Source of the DNA: Adineta steineri | Lineage: Eukaryota | Length of the DNA: 14,352 nucleotides | Reading direction: 5' to 3' | NCBI GenBank assembly: GCA_905250045.1 | Contig: CAJNOG010000192.1 | Coordinates: 75,105-89,456, forward strand | Notes under the pieces: model-generated | Databases searched by the model: none | Told to the model about the DNA's origin: nothing | The model's input: the letters and a program-made list of their open reading frames with translations, nothing else | Part shown: positions 8,495-14,352 of the stretch, piece by piece | How positions within the stretch are numbered: the stretch's first letter is position 1 | Layout: the number at the start of each line of letters is the position of its first letter | Program-made: the position numbers and the translations under genes

Positions 8495-8612
8495 TTTTTT
8501 TAACATTCCTTTTTTTTTTTTGTTCTTCCACGCTCTCTTATGAATAGTACTGTGGCACCAGAACATTAGTAATGTTATTCTTTGATTCTTTTTTCTCTTT
8601 CTCTTGTAGGCT

Positions 8613-9710
8613 ATGTACAAAAACGTGCAAGTCAATCATTCTAACAACGCCAGTAATACAACGACTACCAATATTACAACTACTCCTTTTTCTTCTTCTC
8701 TTTCTCCTTCTTCTTCCTTTCCATACCAAACAAACCAAGCGACTACTAGTTTGCCTGTACAAATAACTAGTACCTCATCGTCGTCGTCTCCTTTTTCTTC
8801 TTCAACGCCCGTTATATCTCCTTCTCTTCCTGTCTCTTCTTTACCTAACAGCAACATCGGTGTCAGTAAAATTAGTGACAGCGGCATTTCGCTGCCTGTC
8901 TCATTTAATCGTTCAAACGAAAACATGTCTCTGCCAAAATCATCAAAATTAAAATCGGATGTTGATCAACTCGATGATCTTGTTAAAGATTTACTTATCG
9001 AAGTAAATCGTCCGATTGATACAAACACAAATAATCGTACTAGTACTACTACTACTAATAATAATAACAATAACAATAATAAAACGTCGACATCATCTTC
9101 CTCATATTCTTATCATCGTCGTTCAAATAATAATAATAATGATAATAATACTACTACTAATAATAATGAAAATTTAACTTCAAAATTACCATCATCTATG
9201 CGAGCTTCATCATACACACAAGCATCAACATTAAATAATCAAAAACGTAATGATTTTGATGCTAATACAGTTAGCGGCCTAATTGATGGTTCATCTTTAT
9301 CATCGAATGGTGTACAACGTGAAGAACAACGTTCAAAAATAACACGTGAAGAACGTATACGTATAAGACGTGGTGGTGGTGGTGGTGGTGGCGGCGGTGG
9401 TACTAGTACTACGACTACTGGTGGTACCGGTGGTATAGATATACCTGTAACAAGTTCATCGTCAACGACAACAACAACAACTACTACAAAACCAGCTCAA
9501 AGATCTGCATCACGTGATCAATTATCTATTGATGAACAACTTATTGATTCATTATTAGAAAGTGTTCAAAATACATTAAGAAAACGTTCACAACAACAGC
9601 AAACACAGCGAACAGCATGGACAACTGATATACCAATTCATCAGCCACATGCAGGAAATAATCGTCGAACATATAGTTCAAGTGCAGCTTATACAGATTC
9701 AATACATCGT
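8613..9710 (+). CDS. Tensin-like exon A (first in-window coding exon; S/T/N/G-rich low complexity)
   Basis: Track ORF 8613..9722. The ATG at 8613 lies 3 nt after a strong acceptor (ttctctttctcttgtag|gct). Donor is CGT|gtaagt at 9711, phase 0. Confidence 0.75.
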
Positions 9711-12700
9711 GTAAGTAAATGAACCATTTATATAATTACAGATCACACTTTTCATTTGTTCCTTTTTGTTTAATAACCTAAAATTTCAATTTGATTAATT
9801 AAAACATCATATCTTGATAAAGAAAGAGAGAAAGAAAATGAAAGATTCAAATCGACTACTAATAATAGACGGACATCGATATAACAACATTCGTCATTCT
9901 TCAATCTCAATGTCAGAAAAGGCATCTGAAGGAAACTAAAGCGATCTATTGATTATCTATCTATCTACAATAGAGTAAGACAAAAAGATATTACGTAAAG
10001 ATAGATTACAAAGAACATCAAACATGTTAAGCATAATAATCAAATGAAAGACAGAAGAAAAAATATAATTTTTAAAACAAAAGAAGGAAACTGTCAGTTT
10101 TTATTGATGTTGATATGTCTATTAGTACCGAACGGAAAAAAATTACGAATATTTTTCAAAACTAATAATCAACTATATTTAGATGGATCCAAACCGAGGA
10201 CGATTTCCAATAAAATTAATTCGAACTGAAAGTCCAACAAGTACAATATCATCAAGGAGACCTTATAGTCGACAAGATAATCGAGGTAATTATGACTAAG
10301 AATTATTCTTACAAAACAAAATTGATGATACGTTTTCTTTTCCGTCCTAATTAGATGGTTATGCAACAACAGTTACTTCGGCATCAACTACAGCCATTCC
10401 GACACATTTTCGTGCAGCGTCTGAACCACCACCAGATGGACCCATTGAATTGCGTCGTATGGATTTAGTTCGTTCACCTTCACGTACATATCTTGATGGA
10501 CATCCTCCACCAGAATATTATCCTTATGCTCGTTCAACATTACCATCAGGTGGTCTACGTGTACGTGGTCATGATTATTCAGGATATGAAACTGATACAG
10601 GCGTTGTAACAGCTCGTGGTTATGGTCCAAGATATTATGGAGGTCCTTCTCCTGGTCCACCACCACCACCCATACATGGGCCAGGACCTATGCATTATCC
10701 ATATTATCCTCAACAACCGATACATTTTGTACGTGATCGTCATCATGAAAGTTATACAGGTGGTAGTACTAATGGAAGTCATCGTTCAATGTTACGTCCA
10801 GATGGTTATGATACTGATACAGGTTTAATTAGTAGTGGTCGATTGCGTATGACACGTACATTACCACCACGTATGGCAGCCATACCAGAAACATTAGTTG
10901 TTAATAATCGAATGGTTTCATCATCGAATTTAAATACTGTACCAACAAATTTACGTGGTAGTTCTTTTCTTAATGAATCAAATACAAATACATTACGTAG
11001 TCGAGCAGAACATATTGGAGGATATGAAACTGATTCAGGTATGAATATAAGACAACAAAATTATAATCGTCGACAAGTACCAATTGATATTCAATATGGT
11101 GATAGTGGATGGGTTGGAAAACAATCAATGGGAAGACCTGTATCACAACAACAACAACAAAGATTTGTTGATAATAGTCAACGTTATCGTTCACAAGATC
11201 AATTACGTTCAACATCAATACCTGTTTTTAGTCATGATGCAGCAGCAACAATATCACGTTTACCTGAACAACATGTAGCAACAGCAACTAAAGTTCAACA
11301 AAAAAGGGTAAGAAAACTAGAACAAAATAATTACATATTCTATTGTTATCCCCCACCCTTTGATTGCATCTCGCATGTAATAAATGAATGAATATTTCGC
11401 ATGGAATGTTTGAAAAAATAATTGCAAAAAGCAAAAAAATTAAAAATCACATTCCATTTATCATCTAGACGATAAATACAATCCCATCATCAACAATAGA
11501 AGCTAGACACCAATTAGAAACAATGCATAATGATTTATCAATATTACCAAGTCTTTTTCCAGGTTCAGTTGGTTTATCGAATCCACCAAGTAATAATAGA
11601 CCACAAATCCCACCATCACCGGAATTGAAAAGAAAATTTTCTGCTGAAAATAGTATTCAAAAATCAAATAGAACACAATATACAATTAATGAAAATACGA
11701 TACCATCTGTATCGAATATATCAAAACCACAAATATTTTCGACTACAACACATATTGTAAGAAATCATATATATTCATGTTCCCCCTTAATCGTTACCCT
11801 CAATAAATCATTGAATTCTTTTCTTTTTGTTTTCAAAATCAATAAATTCAAAGATATTTATTTTATCGATTTTCATAGATACCGAACATTAATCAAGACC
11901 GAATTGATAATCAAATAAATACAAAAGCACCACCAACACCTACTTTTCCAGTCACTAATCAGTCTTGTATGTATTTTAATTCAATATTTATTTTATAAAA
12001 GAAAGAAATTTTATATATATTTAGATAATCAATCACGTTCAGGCAATAGGTAAAAAAACACCATATTTCTATATATTCTAATATAAATTTCTATTTTAGT
12101 TCATCTCGAAATCAAGAAGAAACTTCTAGACGATCAAGTGCATCTTCCGCTACAGGTAAAATATCATCTTTCATAATTTATTTTTAGACTAAAATGAACT
12201 TCTTAATTTCATCATGTAACTATTTCCGGATAGTAATATTAAATCATTAGTTTAATGTCATATATAAATCTTGAAAGAAAATTTTTTTTTAACTTCTATC
12301 ATCATGTTAATCTCGTGAGAATATGTCATAGTCTATGTAGATTTTCTTGCTTTCATCAAAAATTAATCAAAAAATGATATATTGACCTTGATACATCGCG
12401 TGATAAAAATTATTGACTTTATCTTTTTTTTTGTGTTGTTTTTAGAAACTGATGTACATCGTAATGGTGCTTATCAAGCACATAATGTTAGTCAATTTTG
12501 GTATAAAGAAAAAATGTCACGTGAAGATGGTAAGTTTAGCTATAACAAATTAATCATTTGATTGAATTTCATTATTTTTATAGCAATCAATTTACTTAAA
12601 GCAAAACCACCAGGAACATTTCTTATTCGAGATAGTCAAGGTTTTCCTGGTTCTTATGGTCTTGCAGTTAAAGTTGAAACATTACCATTCGGTATTCAAC

Positions 12701-14307
12701 CAAAACAAGGTATATTATTTGATAGTAGAGGGATGTGTTGGAAAAGAAATGAATGATTAATTTAATTTTAGGTGCTGATCCAAATGCTGAACTTGTTCGA
12801 CATTATCTTATTGAACGAACACCAACTGGACATGTTCGATTGAAAGGATGTCAAAATGAACCAGATTTTGGTAGCTAAAATATTTCTTTAGTTAGAGAAA
12901 ATTGAAAATGAGATTTAAAGTATTGTGAAAAAATGGAATTTTGAAAAAAGAGTCACATGTATGTCAGTTTGTTCACGAAAAGAGATTAATCTCGTCATAC
13001 TCGTTTTTAATGAATGAGAAGTCGCAAATGCATTTGATTCTAGACACTAAATCAGTTATGCGTAATAAAACAAACAAATCGTGTCGGAATCACGTTTTAC
13101 GTGGACAGACCGTATGACATTTTTACATAGACTAATTGCATAGAGCTTTTTTTTCTTTTTCGAGAGTTATACTATAATTAACAACTATTTACCACTCTAA
13201 ATGATATATAAGTTTTCTAATGCATTCTTGAAATATGAACTAATATGCTGATATTTTTCAATAATACTCTTAAAAAAATTATACCTAGAAAAGTTTTAAA
13301 ACATAATTGGAAATACTAAAAATCGATAAAAAAAACTTCACTGTTTCAGCTATTGGCAATGACCTATAAACTCTATCTGGGCTCAAAAATAGTATCTTAC
13401 AATTGTTAATGATAAAAACCCGTCTTAAGTTAATTTTGATGTTTTACTATTTTTTATTATGAACATTACCAGAATAATTAAACATAAAAATCTCTCTCTA
13501 TTTTAGTTAATCTATCAGCGTTAGTCTATCAACATTCGATAACACCACTTGCTTTACCAACAAAATTAGTTTTACCAGTTACTGATATAACTGAAGAATA
13601 TCGTACAATGTCGGCAAATCAACAACAACATGATGCAAATAAAAAGTTATCTGTAAAAGATTTACTTGAAAAAGGAGCTGGTAAAATTTTTCTTCGAGAA
13701 AAAAAATACAAATAATTATATATGATTTTATTTTTAGCTTGTAATGTTGTTTATTTAAATAATGTTGATGTTGAATCTCTATCTGGTCAAATGGCATTAA
13801 ATAAAGCTTTACGTTCTACATTTGATAATGCTGATCGTTTACAAGCAACTGTTGTTCATTTTAAAGTTTCAAGTACTGGTATAACATTAACTGATACTAA
13901 GAAAAAGTAATAAAATAAATGAATTTATTTTTGATGAATTAAATACTATGAGGGACATGGAATTATTTAGATTATTTTCACGACGTCATTTTCCGAAAGA
14001 ATATGTGACATATTGTGGAGTTGATTATGAAACAGATCGTTTTTGGACACATCAATTATCTGATCTTGATATGTTACCACGAGCAAAGTAAAAAAAAACA
14101 CATATGTTAGATAATGAGGTTTTTATATTATATATTCGTTTTGATAGATGTTTTGGTTTTGTTTCAAAGAAAATTAATGGAAATAATAATCGATCGGCAC
14201 AGCCAGAAAATGAATGTCATATATTTGCTGAAATCGATCGAACACAACCATCAACAGCGATTGTTAATTTTGTATCAAAAGTTATGATTGGAAGTGTACC
14301 TGTTTAA
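8613..14307 (+). CDS. Gene model: tensin-like focal-adhesion adaptor (low-complexity N-terminal half plus C-terminal SH2 and PTB domains), 1179 aa as modelled
   Basis: join(8613..9710,10183..10285,10355..11307,11469..11756,11879..11966,12025..12049,12100..12155,12446..12529,12584..12709,12772..12870,13507..13680,13738..13906,13971..14087,14148..14307). The sum is 3540 nt (1180 codons including the stop) and every junction is GT..AG and phase-consistent. The spliced C-terminus reads [42 protein letters not shown]...[52 protein letters not shown] (tensin SH2), then [20 protein letters not shown]...[14 protein letters not shown]...CFGFVSKK...[26 protein letters not shown] (tensin PTB). The 5' end may be incomplete. 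Confidence 0.8.
9372..9401 (+). repeat. Coding (GGT)6(GGC)2(GGT)2 repeat encoding Gly10 in tensin-like exon A
   Basis: In frame with ORF 8613..9722, giving [14 protein letters not shown]. Neighbouring (ACT)n and (AAT)n runs encode poly-Thr and poly-Asn, for example Asn8 at 9057..9080. Confidence 0.95.
10183..10285 (+). CDS. Tensin-like exon B
   Basis: Acceptor ctatatttag| ends at 10182. Its 103 nt read [34 protein letters not shown] plus a G. Donor is G|gtaatt at 10286. It supplies exactly the phase 0 to phase 1 bridge needed between exons A and C. Confidence 0.6.
10355..11307 (+). CDS. Tensin-like exon C (P/G/Y-rich; contains three GY[E/D]TD[T/S]G motifs)
   Basis: Acceptor tcctaattag| ends at 10354. 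Reads (D)[42 protein letters not shown]..., the same frame as track ORF 10450..11391. Donor is AGG|gtaaga at 11308, phase 0. Confidence 0.8.
11469..11756 (+). CDS. Tensin-like exon D
   Basis: Acceptor ttatcatctag| ends at 11468, which is phase-0 compatible; the alternative AG at 11498-11499 breaks the frame. Reads [28 protein letters not shown]...[12 protein letters not shown]. Donor is ATT|gtaaga at 11757. Confidence 0.6.
11879..11966 (+). CDS. Tensin-like exon E
   Basis: Acceptor ttttcatag| ends at 11878. Reads [29 protein letters not shown] plus a T. Donor is T|gtatgt at 11967. Confidence 0.6.
12025..12049 (+). CDS. Tensin-like exon F (25-nt microexon)
   Basis: Acceptor atatatttag| ends at 12024 and the donor is AG|gtaaaa at 12050. 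Reads (Y)NQSRSGN plus AG. Including it is required for exons G and H to read in the frame that yields the SH2 domain. Confidence 0.6.
12100..12155 (+). CDS. Tensin-like exon G
   Basis: Acceptor tctattttag| ends at 12099. Reads (S)[18 protein letters not shown] plus a G. Donor is G|gtaaaa at 12156. Confidence 0.65.
12446..12529 (+). CDS. Tensin-like exon H (start of SH2: [11 protein letters not shown])
   Basis: Acceptor ttgtttttag| ends at 12445. Reads (E)[27 protein letters not shown] plus a G. Donor is G|gtaagt at 12530. Confidence 0.85.
12584..12709 (+). CDS. Tensin-like exon I (SH2 core, FLIRDS phosphotyrosine-binding Arg)
   Basis: Acceptor atttttatag| ends at 12583. Reads (A)[41 protein letters not shown] plus a G. 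Donor is G|gtatat at 12710. Confidence 0.9.
12772..12870 (+). CDS. Tensin-like exon J (SH2)
   Basis: Acceptor ttaattttag| ends at 12771. Reads (G)[32 protein letters not shown] plus a G. Donor is G|gtagct at 12871. Confidence 0.9.
13507..13680 (+). CDS. Tensin-like exon K (end of SH2, linker, start of PTB)
   Basis: Acceptor ctctattttag| ends at 13506. Reads (V)[57 protein letters not shown] plus a G. Donor is G|gtaaaa at 13681. The preceding intron is 636 nt. Confidence 0.9.
13738..13906 (+). CDS. Tensin-like exon L (PTB)
   Basis: Acceptor tttatttttag| ends at 13737. Reads (A)[55 protein letters not shown] plus AA. Donor is AA|gtaata at 13907. Confidence 0.9.
13971..14087 (+). CDS. Tensin-like exon M (PTB)
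   Basis: Acceptor aattatttag| ends at 13970. Reads (K)[38 protein letters not shown] plus AA. Donor is AA|gtaaaa at 14088. Confidence 0.9.
14148..14307 (+). CDS. Tensin-like exon N (PTB C-terminus, TAA at 14305-14307)
   Basis: Acceptor gttttgatag| ends at 14147. Reads (K)[52 protein letters not shown] followed by a stop. The frame matches track ORF 14104..14307. Confidence 0.9.
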
Positions 14308-14338
14308 AAAGAAGAGTGACAGAAAAAGGGAAAGAGAC

Positions 14339-14352
14339 AGAGAGAGAGAGAG
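14339..14352. repeat. (AG)n microsatellite truncated by the window edge, just 3' of the tensin-like stop codon
   Basis: Read directly as agagagagagagag at the end of the window. Confidence 0.85.

Larger units (their letters stand above)
12496..13577 (+). other. SH2 domain-encoding segment of the tensin-like gene (genomic span including introns)
   Basis: It runs from FWYK...FLIRDS...LVRHYLIE...[28 protein letters not shown]. From memory this aligns residue-for-residue with vertebrate tensin SH2 domains. Confidence 0.88.
13674..14304 (+). other. Tensin-type PTB domain-encoding segment (genomic span including introns)
   Basis: GAACNV...VESL.G..A..KA......HFKVS..GITLTD...KLF.RRH.P......FGFV.KK......CH.FAE.D..QP..AIV.F..KV, which is the conserved C-terminal PTB pattern of tensins. 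Confidence 0.88.

Noticed and set aside
8316-8926. ORFs 8316..8531 (-), 8420..8635 (-), 8538..8762 (-), 8572..8766 (+) and 8636..8926 (-)
   Set aside because: They are mirror or alternative frames of purine/pyrimidine-skewed low-complexity DNA (K/R/E-rich or L/F-rich). They overlap the tensin-like 5' region and exon A, whose plus frame continues for 366 codons.
10044-10369. ORFs 10044..10229 (+) and 10169..10369 (-)
   Set aside because: The first is a different frame overlapping the start of exon B and intronic DNA. The second is antisense. Neither frame connects exons A and C.
10388-11278. ORFs 10388..10669 (-), 10579..10782 (-), 10616..10828 (+), 10970..11218 (-) and 11084..11278 (+)
   Set aside because: They are alternative-frame or antisense ORFs inside tensin-like exon C. 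Only the 10355..11307 frame links by phase to the flanking exons.
11498-11499. An alternative acceptor AG (caacaatag|aagct) for tensin-like exon D
   Set aside because: It would enter the exon 2 nt out of phase with the phase-0 donor at 11307/11308. The acceptor at 11467-11468 keeps the frame and has a better pyrimidine tract.
11757-11918. Continuation of ORF 11523..11918 (...[31 protein letters not shown]...)
   Set aside because: This is read-through into intron 11757..11878. It starts at a strong gtaaga donor and has an AT-rich, non-protein-like composition.
13579-13797. ORF 13579..13797 (-), 72 aa
   Set aside because: It is antisense to tensin-like exons K and L, which carry the conserved SH2/PTB sequence on the plus strand.
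1-14352. A prokaryotic-style novel system (defence island, operon, CRISPR array, toxin-antitoxin pair or similar), as suggested by the prompt
   Set aside because: The window is metazoan. Conserved domains only appear after removing GT-AG introns, the genes are monocistronic with large AT-rich spacers, and an SH2+PTB tensin is animal-specific. There are no direct-repeat/spacer arrays; all the repeats are simple microsatellites.

Overview
This window is eukaryotic (metazoan) nuclear DNA, not prokaryotic. It is visibly AT-rich, uses A/T-ending codons, has many short GT..AG introns (mostly 49-69 nt) and is dense in microsatellites. By hand-splicing the ORF track I reconstruct four protein-coding genes, and every junction is canonical and phase-consistent. 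(1, 2) Two tandem minus-strand atypical dual-specificity phosphatases of the DUSP14/18/21 type lie at 644-1874 and 2246-4058; each has a 170-200 aa S/T/P/N-rich tail. (3) A four-exon plus-strand HAD-IA hydrolase lies at 4471-5406, head-to-head with DUSP-B; it has a bacterial-looking motif set and a presequence-like N-terminus. (4) A 14-exon tensin-like adaptor gene lies at 8613-14307: a long low-complexity N-terminal half followed by unmistakable tensin SH2 and PTB domains. The interval 5407-8612 has no convincing CDS and is rich in microsatellites. I found no rRNA, tRNA, CRISPR array, transposon ORF, operon or defence-type system, so I do not think the window holds a novel system in the prokaryotic sense. 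The points most worth follow-up are: the possibly horizontally acquired, intron-bearing HAD gene; the disordered insertions in the DUSP pair; the unresolved 5' end and missing PTEN-like module of the tensin gene; a frame-essential 25-nt microexon; and a thrice-repeated GY[E/D]TD[T/S]G motif. My taxon guess is an AT-rich, small-intron invertebrate, possibly an acariform mite; this is low confidence and cannot be verified here.
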